NCBI GenBank assembly: GCA_965224085.1 | Contig: CBDCYI010000004.1 | Span: forward strand, 1,152,001 to 1,216,000 | Source: Candidatus Marinacidobacterales bacterium | Lineage (GTDB): Bacteria; Acidobacteriota; Vicinamibacteria; Marinacidobacterales; SMYC01 | DNA length: 64,000 nucleotides | Direction of reading: 5' to 3' | Made by a program: the position numbers and the translations under genes | Notes under the pieces: model-generated | Told to the model about the DNA's origin: nothing | Databases searched by the model: none | Seen by the model: the letters and a program-made list of their open reading frames with translations, nothing else | Part shown: one piece after another, positions 1 through 10,257 of the stretch | How the letters are laid out: every line of letters begins with the position of its first letter | How positions within the stretch are numbered: the first letter of the stretch is position 1

Positions 1-2312
1 CGGTCGAAACGGTGGAACTGGGTGGCCGGGCGCAACGGCGCTAGATGGCTGGTCGACTTCAGTACGTCTTCCGACAGGCTCTCGAAAATGCCGACGTCGT
101 CCATGATCCAGAACCCGCGACCGTGGGTGCCGATGACCAGGTCGCTCTCGCGGGGATGGAGCACCATGTCGTGTACGGGTACGGTGGGCAGGTTGTTCTT
201 GAGCGGGACCCAGTGCCCGCCACCGGTAATGGAGACGAAGACTCCAAACTCGGTGCCAACGAAGAGCAAGTTGGGATTGCGCAAGCCCTCGACCATTACC
301 CGGGTCGAGCCGAACGCGGGCAGGTTGTCGGTGATGGAAGTCCAGCTCTTGCCGAGGTCCGCGCTCTTGATCACAAAGGGTCTGAAGTCGTTGTCCTTGT
401 GGGCATCGAAGGTCACGTAGAGAGTGTTTTCCTCGAAACGGGAGAGCACCCCCCGGCTCACGCGAGTCTGCTCCGGCACTCCGGGGAACTGATCGAATTT
501 ACTCCAGTTGGCGCCGTCATCCGTCGTCACCCACAGGAGCCCGTCATCGGTTCCCACCGCCAGAAGGCCCTCGCGTATCGAGGATTCGGAAAGCGTGGTG
601 ATGTTTCCGTACTCGGACGTGCCGGTGTGAAGCCCGATGGCGTCGCGCGGCCACAGCCTGCCCTGAAGCGGCAGCTCGAAGTGGTCGAGCTGGCGGGTGA
701 GATCCGGGCTGATCACGTCCCAGGCGTCGCCGCGTTTGGTGCTCTTGAACACCTTGTTGGCCGCGAAATACAGCGTTTCGTGATCGAAGCGTGAGATGAG
801 AAGCGGTGAGCTCCAGTTCCAGCGGTAACTCTCGCCTTCCGGCGGCTGCGGCTGGATCAGGTGCTGCTCTCCCGTCCGGGTGTCGAAGCGCACCAAGCGT
901 CCGTAGTGGGCCTCCGAGTACACCACGGTGGGGTCGGTGGGGTCGATCGCCGCGTAGAAGCCGTCGCCTCGGATCGTGCGGAACCAGTCGGCGTTGGTGA
1001 TGCCGTCGGTATTCCGCGTGCCGCTTGGACCGCCGTAGGAACTCTGGTCCTGCGTTCCCCCGTAGACGTAATAAAAGGGCTTCCGCATATCCACCGCGAC
1101 GGTATAGAACTGGGTGACGGGAATGTGGTCCATGAACTCCCAGCTCTCTCCGCGATCGTAGGAGAGATAGAGACCGCCATCCGTCCCGAGAATCAAGTGG
1201 TCGGACTGGGCGGGATCGATCCAGAAGGAACGGTGATCGCCGTGTACCCTTCCGCCGGAAACCAACGGACGATGGGTCTTGCCTCCGTCCGTCGAGACAG
1301 TCGTGTCGCCCGCCAGGACGTAGACGCGATCCGGATCGTTGGGGTCGCACAGAAGGTCGCCGTAGCTCCATCTCGTGGCGACTTCACGGGTAAGAAGCTC
1401 CCAGCTGGCGCCGCGGTCCTCCGAGCGATAGATACCGTTCTCCTCTCCTTTGGCCCGGACGGCGGCGTAGATCCGGTCGGGCTGGCCTCGGCAAACGGAT
1501 AGACCGATTCTGCCCATCTCGCCGGTGGGCAGACCGTTGTCGAGTCGACTCCAGTTCGCCCCGCCATCGTTGCTTCGGAAGATGCCGCCTTCCGGTCCGC
1601 CGGCCACGAAGCTCCAGTTGCGCCGCTCCCGCTGGAAAGCAGTGGCGTAGAGCCAGTCCGGGTCGCGCGGGTCCATCGCAACGTCCACCACGCCGGTGTG
1701 CTCGCTGATGTAGAGCGCCTTGGACCATGTCTTTCCGCCGTCGGTGGTCTTGAACAGGCCCCGCTCCTCGCTCGCTCCCCAGAGAGAGCCCATGGCGGCA
1801 ACGAAGACGACGTCCGGGTCTTCCGGGTGAATGACGATGTCCCCGATTTGACGCGTCTCCTCCAATCCCAGGTGCTCCCACGTCTTTCCGGCATCCTCCG
1901 ACTTGTAGACACCGTCTCCCCAGGAGTTGCTCCGGGCGTTGAAATCCTCACCGGTGCCCACCCAGACGATGTTCGAGTTGGAGCGTGCCACCGCCACGGC
2001 GCCCAGCGATAGGGTTCCCTCTTTCTCGAAGACCGGCTTCCAGGTGGTGCCGTTGTTGACCGTCTTCCAGAGCCCGCCGGTGGCGGTGGCGGCGTAGATG
2101 ATTCTCGTATCGTCCTCGACGACGGCGATGTGGGCGATGCGGCCACTGGTTATTCCCGGACCGATATTTCGCCACTCGAGGTTTCCGAGAAGGGAGGCGC
2201 GAAGCGAACCTTCGGAAGCCTCTTCGACTTCCGAAGCGATGGCTAGCGATGCGGTCAACGATGAAGCGACGAGAAGGATAGGAAATTTCAAAGCCTGCCC
2301 GGGGCGTTCCAC
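1..2312 (-). CDS. VPS10/sortilin-like BNR-repeat protein (glycosyl hydrolase-like), runs off left edge
   Basis: Manual translation (frame absent from ORF track): GTG at 2312 with GGAG RBS, signal-like N-terminus, then LEWRNIGPGITSGRIAHIAV...GGLWKTVNNGTTWKPVFE...GDGVYKSEDAGKTW; paralog of 18603-21827. Confidence 0.9.
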   Translation of the reverse strand, partial: MERPGQALKFPILLVASSLTASLAIASEVEEASEGSLRASLLGNLEWRNIGPGITSGRIAHIAVVEDDTRIIYAATATGGLWKTVNNGTTWKPVFEKEGTLSLGAVAVARSNSNIVWVGTGEDFNARSNSWGDGVYKSEDAGKTWEHLGLEETRQIGDIVIHPEDPDVVFVAAMGSLWGASEERGLFKTTDGGKTWSKALYISEHTGVVDVAMDPRDPDWLYATAFQRERRNWSFVAGGPEGGIFRSNDGGANWSRLDNGLPTGEMGRIGLSVCRGQPDRIYAAVRAKGEENGIYRSEDRGASWELLTREVATRWSYGDLLCDPNDPDRVYVLAGDTTVSTDGGKTHRPLVSGGRVHGDHRSFWIDPAQSDHLILGTDGGLYLSYDRGESWEFMDHIPVTQFYTVAVDMRKPFYYVYGGTQDQSSYGGPSGTRNTDGITNADWFRTIRGDGFYAAIDPTDPTVVYSEAHYGRLVRFDTRTGEQHLIQPQPPEGESYRWNWSSPLLISRFDHETLYFAANKVFKSTKRGDAWDVISPDLTRQLDHFELPLQGRLWPRDAIGLHTGTSEYGNITTLSESSIREGLLAVGTDDGLLWVTTDDGANWSKFDQFPGVPEQTRVSRGVLSRFEENTLYVTFDAHKDNDFRPFVIKSADLGKSWTSITDNLPAFGSTRVMVEGLRNPNLLFVGTEFGVFVSITGGGHWVPLKNNLPTVPVHDMVLHPRESDLVIGTHGRGFWIMDDVGIFESLSEDVLKSTSHLAPLRPATQFHRFD

Positions 2313-3105
2313 TGCGATTTCTCCAGCTTGAGCGATCGTGGCGTCATGTCATTCAGTATCGGTGACATTAGCAAAGGTTACGCAGCAAGACAAGGCGGTG
2401 AGGGCGGAGGGTGTTCATGGGGAAGACACAGGTATGGCGTACTTGACAGTCTCGCTTCAGCGAACCGGTCAGCTGAGCACGCGCGGAGCGGCGATACAGA
2501 CTTTAACGGCCGAGGCCGCGACGGTTTGTGAGGAGCTCGCGGAACATCTTCGCTATCTCGAGTCCGGAGAACGGCCGCTGGCTGAGCCACGTTGTTTTGA
2601 AGTCGCTCTTCGCGGCGATTTAAGACGCCGCCCGGCGCACGGGCGCTACCATCGCCAAAGAGCTTCGCAAGCGTCAAGAAGTCCGAGCTTGAGCGTTCAG
2701 TTTTTGGACGCCGGTCCCGGGATCGGGCGCCCACGGAAACAGGTTCCCTTCGACGTCACGATAGTCACTATAGCGATAAATTATCTCTCTCACGCCGCGC
2801 TCCGGACCCATCCGGCTTTCGGTGTGGTGGGTCAGGCCCGCCTCGTGCAAAAGATGGGTTGTCTTGTGGCCCATGCCCCCGGTGGCAGACACCTCTCAAC
2901 CGCCTTGTCTCGCTTGCTCGCGTTCTGATACCGTCACCGGGACTCAATCGGGCCGCACAGCCCTATCCCTTGGGGAAAATTCGAGCGGATCGGCAACGGG
3001 CACGTATGAATTCTCCTATCTTTTTCAGGTCGTTCGAGCCTACTCCGGATCCCGCTTGAACCTCTGCTCGGGGGCCGATGCAATCCCCTAGAGGTCCAGG
3101 TCCCC

Positions 3106-3636
3106 ATGAGGATTCGGATGTCCCACAGGCTCTTCTTCGCGCTTCTGCTGCTTCCCCTCTACGGCCCTACCCTGGCCAACGGCAAGGACATTGTCGCCTC
3201 GCCCTCGTCTGCGAAAGTGATCGCGTTCGTGGACGGCAGATGGATGCGGGTGCAGCGTTACATAGCCGTGGGACCCGTGGTCTTGATGACCACCACCGAT
3301 GGGAAACTCCGGTCGGTGCGCCGGTCCTCTGTCAACCTGGAGGCCACGGAGCGGAAGTGGGGGGATAGCATTGGCCGAGAATCGTCCTCGAAGCATGACA
3401 GATCGGCCAAACGGCTCTTTGTCGACTGGCGATCGCTTTGCTCTTCGCTCGACGTCGCTGGGAACGCATACCGATCACAAATTAACGTTTCCGATAAAGC
3501 GCTCACAGCTCAAGTTCTCGTTCGCTCGACAAAGGATGGATCCAAAGAAGCTGAAAAATCTGAAGCAGCTGTACAAATATTTGAGCAGCGAAAGAAATAC
3601 GCTTATGCAGTCCTCCGGAACTGTTCCGCTTCTTGA
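3106..3636 (+). CDS. hypothetical secreted protein (possibly truncated or chimeric)
   Basis: Signal-peptide-like N-terminus; 47-aa module shared with N-terminus of 44559-47183. Confidence 0.5.
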   Translation: MRIRMSHRLFFALLLLPLYGPTLANGKDIVASPSSAKVIAFVDGRWMRVQRYIAVGPVVLMTTTDGKLRSVRRSSVNLEATERKWGDSIGRESSSKHDRSAKRLFVDWRSLCSSLDVAGNAYRSQINVSDKALTAQVLVRSTKDGSKEAEKSEAAVQIFEQRKKYAYAVLRNCSAS

Positions 3637-4460
3637 CAAGCGGCTAGATGGTGAAGTCGAACTTGGTTACAGCTATATCCCCGGTGAACCGGAGCTTGGC
3701 GGGAAGAAAGGGGCGGCGGCGGCTCGGCTCGGCCTCAAGGGAAAATGGGATCGCGTGAAGTACTGGGGCGAGTACGGCTTCTATGGCAAAGAATTTACGA
3801 ATATCCGGCGTCCCACTCTTAAGGACCGTGCGGGAGGGAAGATTGGAGCGAAGTTGAAATTGGGCGTTCTCAGCTCGAAAGCGGAGCTCACCCGGTTTCA
3901 TAACAATGTCCAGCGGGATCCTACTGAATCTCAGACCACTAAGTCTCAGGGAAAGGTGTCCTTCGATCTGGCGGTTCCGCGGTGGCCAAAGTTGACACTC
4001 ACCTACAAGCGCAGGGAGAAGGAAACATCCAGGCCAAACGGCACAGTGAGCAAAAAGTCTTCAGCCAACACGGTAAGTGGGACGTTGCGGTACTCGCAAT
4101 CGGCGTGGGAGATCAAGCCCTCCCTCGGGTTCACCCGGTATATCTACCCCTTCGCGCGATTACCGCAAGGAGAGACTTTATGCCTCTTTGGTTTCAGATT
4201 ACTCCATCATAGAGAGGTCGATGACCCTTTCTCTCACTGGAAGATTCACCGCCGATAAGACCACCGATGGAAATTACGATACTCAACGTTTCGACGGCTC
4301 TATAGGGTTACTAAAGAATGTTAGCAACGTATTCGGCCTTCCTGACGATAAGGCGATGCTGTCTGTTAAGCTGAATTACAGCCGATATATCGACCTGGTC
4401 GATCAGGGCGCCGATCTTGAAAAATACTCCGTACTCTTACTGTGTGAGATTAGCCCCTAA
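3630..4460 (+). pseudogene. outer-membrane beta-barrel-like protein fragment, frameshifted near 4150
   Basis: Alternating amphipathic strand pattern split over ORFs 3299-4258 and 4077-4460; no credible start. Confidence 0.45.
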
Positions 4461-4759
4461 TCTCGTAGCCTCATCTTTTTTTGGCCCAAGCGGCTCGGGA
4501 GAAACGATGGTGCTTCCGCCATCTGCTGTTGGTGATTCGTACGCATCCCCTTGACACAAAGTCGCCTTTGCGGCATTTCGCGGGCGCCGTAGGCTGCGAG
4601 CTCCTAATTGGCTATAATTCGTTGCCCTTATAGCCTCTAACCTATCAGAAGCGAGGATTTTGTTCGCACTTTTGGGTTGAAGAAGCTCGGTCGTTCTCAA
4701 AGTGGACGCCGACGGCGTCCACTTGAGAAGCAACGCAACGTCGTCCGCTATGGATTTTC

Positions 4760-5090
4760 TGAGATCAAACCCATTCCCGAGATACCACGCCCAGAGCTGG
4801 AGTCTCGTCTCGAAGAGTGGAGGCGTTTGCTTCGTGGAAGCGTGACCCAGGGGCGCTTGGTGCTCCAAAAGATTCTCAAAGGCAGGCTGCTCATGATGCC
4901 CCTAACGGATGAGGTTGGATATGAGTTCAGTGCCCCCACGAGATTCGACAAGCTCTTCTCAGGTCTGGCAATCCCATTGCCTAAATTTGTCGAGGAAATT
5001 GGTGAAAGCAATTCGGGATATGAGCACATAACTCCCGCAGATACGCCGGATGGGGAGAAGGAAGCACTGTCAGAAATCCGAGCGCTCTTT
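4760..5090 (+). pseudogene. large serine recombinase C-terminal remnant
   Basis: LEEWRRLLRGSVTQGRLVLQKILKGR...GYEFSAPTRFDKLFSG resembles recombinase-family C-termini; ends at a tRNA-Glu 3' copy. Confidence 0.65.
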
Positions 5091-5105
5091 TGGCATCCCC
5101 GACGG
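5091..5105 (-). repeat. tRNA-Glu 3'-end duplication (att-like)
   Basis: TGGCATCCCCGACGG identical to 10258-10272. Confidence 0.8.
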
Positions 5106-6073
5106 CATCCGCGCCAAGCGCTTGGAGGGCCTTTTTCAGGTTCATGGTCAAGTGCACGATTAGGAAGCAGCATGACGGCCGTTTTTAATATTCAAGGCCC
5201 GCTGCGGAATCTGCAACAGGCTGCTCATCGGCCTTTGCAGGGCCGGGTACAGCTCTCGCAAAGGCAAAAAGAGACCGCCCGTCACGATAAAACGGGCGGT
5301 CCCTTTCAACGGTTCACTGAGTTCGTTGCTGGGTGAACAAGTTGATGTCATAGTCGTAGATGGCATCGCCTGGTCAGTGTCCGGGGCGTGCGGCACTCGT
5401 TAAAAGAAGGTCACCTGACTACCAACGCATTCGGTCAAAGCTCATCCGGCTCCGTCTCACGAGGGAAGACGTGCGTGTTGGGCGCATTCTCCGAACTCGA
5501 ACGTCTCGCACCGAGGCAGTAGCTCGGTCGCAATCAGTGGGCTAGCAGACTGCCTTTTCTCCACCCGCGAGGGTGAATTCCAGTCGGTGCCTGCGGCCGC
5601 ATAGAGGCTCCACTTTCGTGTTTTCCATGTTCTCTTCCAACAGAGGCTGCGACGATACCCATCCAACTGATGGCGTACCGGTCGGACCGGCGCGGGGTCA
5701 AGCCGATAGCAACACTGGCCCTCAGAGGTCGCTCAAAGTGATTGGCTCCTCGCGCGCGGATTTTCCGTCATGGCCCGGAGCACACAAGAAGCTCGTCACT
5801 GAGGCCGAAGATGTGTTTGCAGTCTGACCCACTCGTCACCGATTTGGACGAGCAGCTCTGAGGAAGACTTTTTTGAGGAAGGTGTTGATTGAGGAGTCCA
5901 GATAACGCCGCCAGGGGCATTTGCATAACCGCGGTCGACGGTCTGCATGTGCCGGAAAACGCGATCAAGTGGTTCTTCCATAACAATGACGACAGCGCGC
6001 ACACGAATACCTCCCTCAGACTCAAGCGCTCGTCCGGTGGAAACCGTGGCGGACGATGTTTCCGGCCCCGACG

Positions 6074-6650
6074 TCATTCCACGACGAACTGACCCATCAT
6101 CCCCACGTCTTCGTGCTGGAGGATGTGGTAGTGGAACATATACGGATTCACGGGGTCCCCGTGGTCGTGAAAACGCTTGATGATGCGCACGGTCTCGAAA
6201 GGGCGGACGAGGACCACGTCCTTCCAGCCGAGCTCGTTGGCTGTCGGGCTCGCCCCACCTCGCGACAGGATCTGGAACGCGTCGCCGTGCACGTGGAACG
6301 GATGGGCCTGGTTGTTGGGGTTCGTGATTTCCCATACCTCGGCCGCGCCAAGCCGGATCCGCGCGTCGATGATGGACATGTCCATCCGCTTCCCGTTGAT
6401 TCCGAACGGATTGGCGTTGCGCTCGAACGTCCGTGGGCTTCCGGCGTTCACGGCTTCGGACTCGGGAATCGGGGCCACGACGGCCAGGCGCTCGAGGAGA
6501 GTGCGAACGGCGCCGGCAGTGGCCGACCCGATCCGGATCTCGAGAAGATCGAAATCGGCGCTGTCCCAGGGATCCTGGAGCCGAGACGGAACGAAGGTCG
6601 GGCCGTTGCCTCCGTTGAAACTGCGTAGGCTGAGCGTCTGTGCTTCGTCG
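6074..6650 (-). pseudogene. multicopper oxidase C-terminal fragment
   Basis: HPFHVHG and MFHYHILQHEDVGMMGQF motifs; N-terminal domains absent; type-1 Cu Cys replaced by Tyr. Confidence 0.85.
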
Positions 6651-6846
6651 GCGCTCAGGTCGACGAGAAGCCTCGAAGTCGATTTCACGTCGCGTGCCAT
6701 AGAAGCTGGAAAGAAGTTTGCCGCTGCGCGACGGAAGCAAGGGGCCAAGCTGTTAGGATATCCAACGACGCCGTGGTTCAGCACGGTGAGAAGATCCCAT
6801 TTGCAATAGAAGCGAGGGATTCTTGTTACCGCAAGGAGATTCCAAG

Positions 6847-7308
6847 ATGAAAAACCTGGTGATGCTCAGAATCGCCTCGGTGCTCTGGGGAATCTGGGGC
6901 GCCTTTCACCTGTTCATCGGCGTTGCTCTGCTGATGGTCATCGCTGCGGGTCATCCCGACGGGCAGCTCGCGTCCATTCCCGGAGTCGTGAACATCATGA
7001 TGATGGGCAACGAGGGCCGCTTCGCCGTGATCCCCTCCCTGGAGCAGCACGCCTTCAATCTGGCCTGGTTCGGCGTGGTGGTGGGCGTCGGGTGCGTCTA
7101 CGTATGGCGACGCAGGGCCGAGGCGATCTTTGTGTGCACCCTGGTGGGCGGCTTCGCCGACCTGGGCTACTTCCTGTACGTCGACCTGCCTGGCTACGCC
7201 GATCCCCCGGGGCCCCAGATGACCTACATCATGGCCTCCGCCATCGCCCTGAGCCTCTACGCCTACTTCAAGAGCGACACGCTGCGGGCAATCCAGAATC
7301 CGGGATGA
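6847..7308 (+). CDS. membrane protein, about 4 TM segments
   Basis: GGAG RBS, ATG, hydrophobic segments, strongly GC3-biased codons. Confidence 0.75.
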   Translation: MKNLVMLRIASVLWGIWGAFHLFIGVALLMVIAAGHPDGQLASIPGVVNIMMMGNEGRFAVIPSLEQHAFNLAWFGVVVGVGCVYVWRRRAEAIFVCTLVGGFADLGYFLYVDLPGYADPPGPQMTYIMASAIALSLYAYFKSDTLRAIQNPG

Positions 7309-7432
7309 GATCGGCGCCTTTCGCGCCCAAGAAGCATTCCCCTGGAGGTTTTAGTCCCCGGGATTTGCTGGAGAGGACCGGGCCGCGTTGCGTAAGCCGA
7401 AGCGACCGGTCCTCTGCGGTGGGACGAGGCGG

Positions 7433-7448
7433 TGGCATCCCCGACGGG
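7433..7448 (-). repeat. tRNA-Glu 3'-end duplication (att-like)
   Basis: TGGCATCCCCGACGGG identical to 10258-10273, followed by degenerate TTCCGTACC vs AGTCGAACC; 10-bp inverted repeat 7372-7381/7406-7415 adjacent. Confidence 0.85.
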
Positions 7449-7505
7449 TTCCGTACCTTTTAACGCCTTTTTCCTTGAAGGATGCGTGGTTGTTGAGAGT
7501 CCGGT

Positions 7506-7880
7506 CTAGCGACCTTTCTCAAATACCCACGGCTCGCGCCACCCATCGCTCTCCCACTGCAAATCACCTTCTTCGTCACAGATACACACGCGCCATCGGG
7601 TTCTATCGTCTTCTACTATGAACAAGGTTTGGTATCCCGCGGAGCCCGTCCAGCGGGCTCGGGACCTAAAGGCTTGCCAAACAAGCTCGGCATCCGAGTC
7701 TTCCATTCTCACAAATCGGTAGCCGTTTTTATTCGCCCACTGCTCGCACTTTCTCCGGTGTCCCATTACGTCCCGTTGTGCCAGCGAGAAGCGGAGTCCG
7801 TACGCTGCAGCCGCAACGATGACGATGATCAACAAACCAATTAGGAAATCATATAGGGAATCAAAGGGGATGGAGTACAT
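7506..7880 (-). CDS. hypothetical single-pass membrane protein
   Basis: 124-aa ORF with N-terminal TM helix. Confidence 0.55.
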   Translation of the reverse strand: MYSIPFDSLYDFLIGLLIIVIVAAAAYGLRFSLAQRDVMGHRRKCEQWANKNGYRFVRMEDSDAELVWQAFRSRARWTGSAGYQTLFIVEDDRTRWRVCICDEEGDLQWESDGWREPWVFEKGR

Positions 7881-8099
7881 TCGGGTCGACCTTCCCGCTC
7901 TAGGGACGACATCCTATAGGTCTGACAAGTTGTTTGCAAGCGCGGATGAAAAACCTCCGAGCCTCGGGCTGGCAGCCCTCGCTAAAAAAAGATTTCACTT
8001 TAACTAGTAACCCCTAAGTACGACCCCGGCCCCTCTAGCGCCGCTAACTTGCTAACCAGTAAAGGGTTGGCGGGGCGCCCATAGTGGCCATATAAGGTC

Positions 8100-8210
8100 C
8101 GCCCGGCGGGCCGGGTAGCCTACGGGGCGCGGGGCGCGTAGCCGGGGGCACCTCGGGGCGAGGTGGGCCGCCCTCCCGGGGAACGGCGGGGGTAGCGCGG
8201 CCCGGCCCCG
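8100..8210 (-). other. GC-rich multi-stem structured element (ncRNA or DNA signal candidate)
   Basis: Stems 8108-8115/8201-8208, 8120-8124/8137-8141, 8149-8155/8159-8165, 8168-8172/8185-8189; no ORF. Confidence 0.4.
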
Positions 8211-8243
8211 GCGGTTTTCTAGGGCTCCACCGCCACGCCTCTC

Positions 8244-9461
8244 TTAGTTTGGTGGCAAGCTGGTAACCGTTTTCTTATGCGACACCGATTTTTTTGCGAC
8301 GAGACTGTGGAGATTTGACCAATGCGACGTCGATCGTCCGATATAGCTTACGTCCCGACCCAACTCTTCCGACAGTTTACGTGTCAGTTTAATAAGGTCC
8401 GAACACGTGGAGGACCACAAGCTCTTGACGGAATCGAAACCATCTACCCAGTAGTACTCATCGGTACGCGTGTTGTACTCAACCTGAGTGCGAAACGCTG
8501 CGAGAATCGGAAACAGCGCGCTTCGCATAATGGAGTTTTCTCCCTCCGCGCCTGCGAAGTAAAAGCGCTGGTTACCAGCCTTTGCCTGCTCAATAAAAAC
8601 CAACTTTCCCCCCCGAGCCCCTCGGTTGTTCGCGTTGTAAATCTCCCGCGCCGTCATTGAAACGTGATCGTGAAACCACAGAATTTGCGGAATTAATTGT
8701 CGCATCGATTCCCATTGCTGGGGTTTCAGCGTGTACGACTTGAGCACTTTCTTCTTGCCGCTATAAGCGCGCTTGGGATGGTCAAACCCTTCGTTTGGAA
8801 ACGCCCGCGCGTTAAAGAGGTCGAGAATTGCGAGTATATCGACGACCGTGTAGGCTTTCTTTTCGTTCTCGCGGTAGGCGATGTCGTCCCGATATGTCTG
8901 CGTCGCTAGAAGCTCTTTCAGCCAGTCGAACTTCCCTTCCATATTCTTGAGCGAGTAGTCCTGGACCTGAATACTCGTATTCAGTCCCTTCGACACTTCG
9001 GGCCAAAGACTAGGGCGGAGGCCGGTGAGGACGTCAAACTTAACGTATTGCTTTGGCCGTCTCTTATTGCTTTTTCCATCCACCAAATCCAAAAGCTCTT
9101 GTTGCGCTTGTAGTAAGAGTTGATAAGTGTGACCTCCATCGACGATTCCCTCTCCCGGCTCGAACACGATGTCGGCTTTGCCGTCCGAGATTCGCACCTC
9201 GGACGCAACTATCGTGATGCCTTTGTTCTTGAGATGAAAAGTGTTGGGAGTCCCGACACCCTCCTCGTTCAGGAGGTGTTTCCGAATCTCCCGCCAAACC
9301 AGTTTATTCAGGTCCTGCGCGCGGGGGTTCGGGTCGAGTGGAATACCGGTCGGAAGTCCGAGCACAGGTGTGTAGAAGATGTACCTCCGTTGTGCTCCGG
9401 TAGTAACCGGGTCTGAGAAAGTATGCGGCCCCACTACTGGAAGGGATATTGTTAGTGACAT
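8244..9461 (-). CDS. AIPR family protein (abortive infection phage resistance-associated)
   Basis: NPR...FHLKNKGITIVA...GIVDGGHT...GLNTSIQV motifs; lower GC than flanks. Confidence 0.85.
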   Translation of the reverse strand: MSLTISLPVVGPHTFSDPVTTGAQRRYIFYTPVLGLPTGIPLDPNPRAQDLNKLVWREIRKHLLNEEGVGTPNTFHLKNKGITIVASEVRISDGKADIVFEPGEGIVDGGHTYQLLLQAQQELLDLVDGKSNKRRPKQYVKFDVLTGLRPSLWPEVSKGLNTSIQVQDYSLKNMEGKFDWLKELLATQTYRDDIAYRENEKKAYTVVDILAILDLFNARAFPNEGFDHPKRAYSGKKKVLKSYTLKPQQWESMRQLIPQILWFHDHVSMTAREIYNANNRGARGGKLVFIEQAKAGNQRFYFAGAEGENSIMRSALFPILAAFRTQVEYNTRTDEYYWVDGFDSVKSLWSSTCSDLIKLTRKLSEELGRDVSYIGRSTSHWSNLHSLVAKKSVSHKKTVTSLPPN

Positions 9462-9911
9462 CTTTGACCTCTATTTGCGCGCGATCGCGCTTATCTAAAA
9501 AATACTCTAAGCGGACTCGTGTGTCAAACCTAAGTTCGTTTCTCGCCCTATTTGCGACTTCTTCTAATCGAGAATGGCAAAAGTTCAGAGCACAAATAGA
9601 AGAAAATAACATGACTGTCGTAACGACAATAACAGGAGTGAATCATCGAGGCCGGAGAAGAGGAACCCTCGAAGATGTGGGATTGCCTGGAGAGATTGGG
9701 GCAGGAGCTATTGGTGCTCCGGCTTCAGCACGAAGCGGAGCACTGGCGAGAACGCGATTGCATTTTTCCGTGACGAAGCGTCATCGCAGCACTCCAGCCA
9801 CACACTCGCGCCCCCCGGACTCGTCGTAAAGCCGCTCGTTCCCAGCAGCGGGATATTTCTTTCGCACATTCACTACATTTCACCAACGCCATGCCAGCCT
9901 CCCAGGAGTAA

Positions 9912-9933
9912 TACTTATAGTCTCTGGTAAGTC
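9912..9933 (+). promoter_or_regulatory. C-box-like operator
   Basis: TACTTATAGTC (1 mismatch to GACTTATAGTC) plus downstream TAAGTC, just upstream of controller-type HTH. Confidence 0.5.
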
Positions 9934-9960
9934 TGTGTCAACCGCGCCCACGATTCGCGG

Positions 9961-10113
9961 GTGGACGACCTACGGGCGGCTTTCGGACGGAACGTCCGCG
10001 AGCTGCGAAAGACGCGTGGTTTCTCTCAGGAGGAGCTGGCGCACCGCGCTGACATTCACTGGACATACCTCGGTGGGATTGAGCGCGGAGAACGCCGTCC
10101 ACGAGCCAGTTAG
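9961..10113 (+). pseudogene. XRE-family HTH (RM controller C-protein-like), C-terminally truncated
   Basis: VDDLRAAFGRNVRELRKTRGFSQEELAHRADIHWTYLGGIERGERRP then stop. Confidence 0.8.
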
Positions 10114-10139
10114 CAACATTGCTCCGAGACGAGCACACC

Positions 10140-10257
10140 AAGCCTTCGTGGGTGAAGGATGGCGACAAGAGGGGCACCGAACATATCGGTCCCGAGGATA
10201 CGTTCGATGGAGATTATGGCCGCGCTCTCAAGAAAACGCAGGACCGCGTTAAAAGGA
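10140..10257 (+). pseudogene. large serine recombinase extreme C-terminal remnant reading into antisense tRNA-Glu
   Basis: KPSWVKDGDKRGTEHIGPEDTFDGDYGRALKKTQDRVKRMASPTGVEP; homologous to GYEHITPADTPDG at ~5020. Confidence 0.6.

Noticed and set aside
2338-3090. ORFs 2338-2928 and 2674-2892
   Set aside because: No recognisable full-length product; only a YSDYRDVEG-like fragment.
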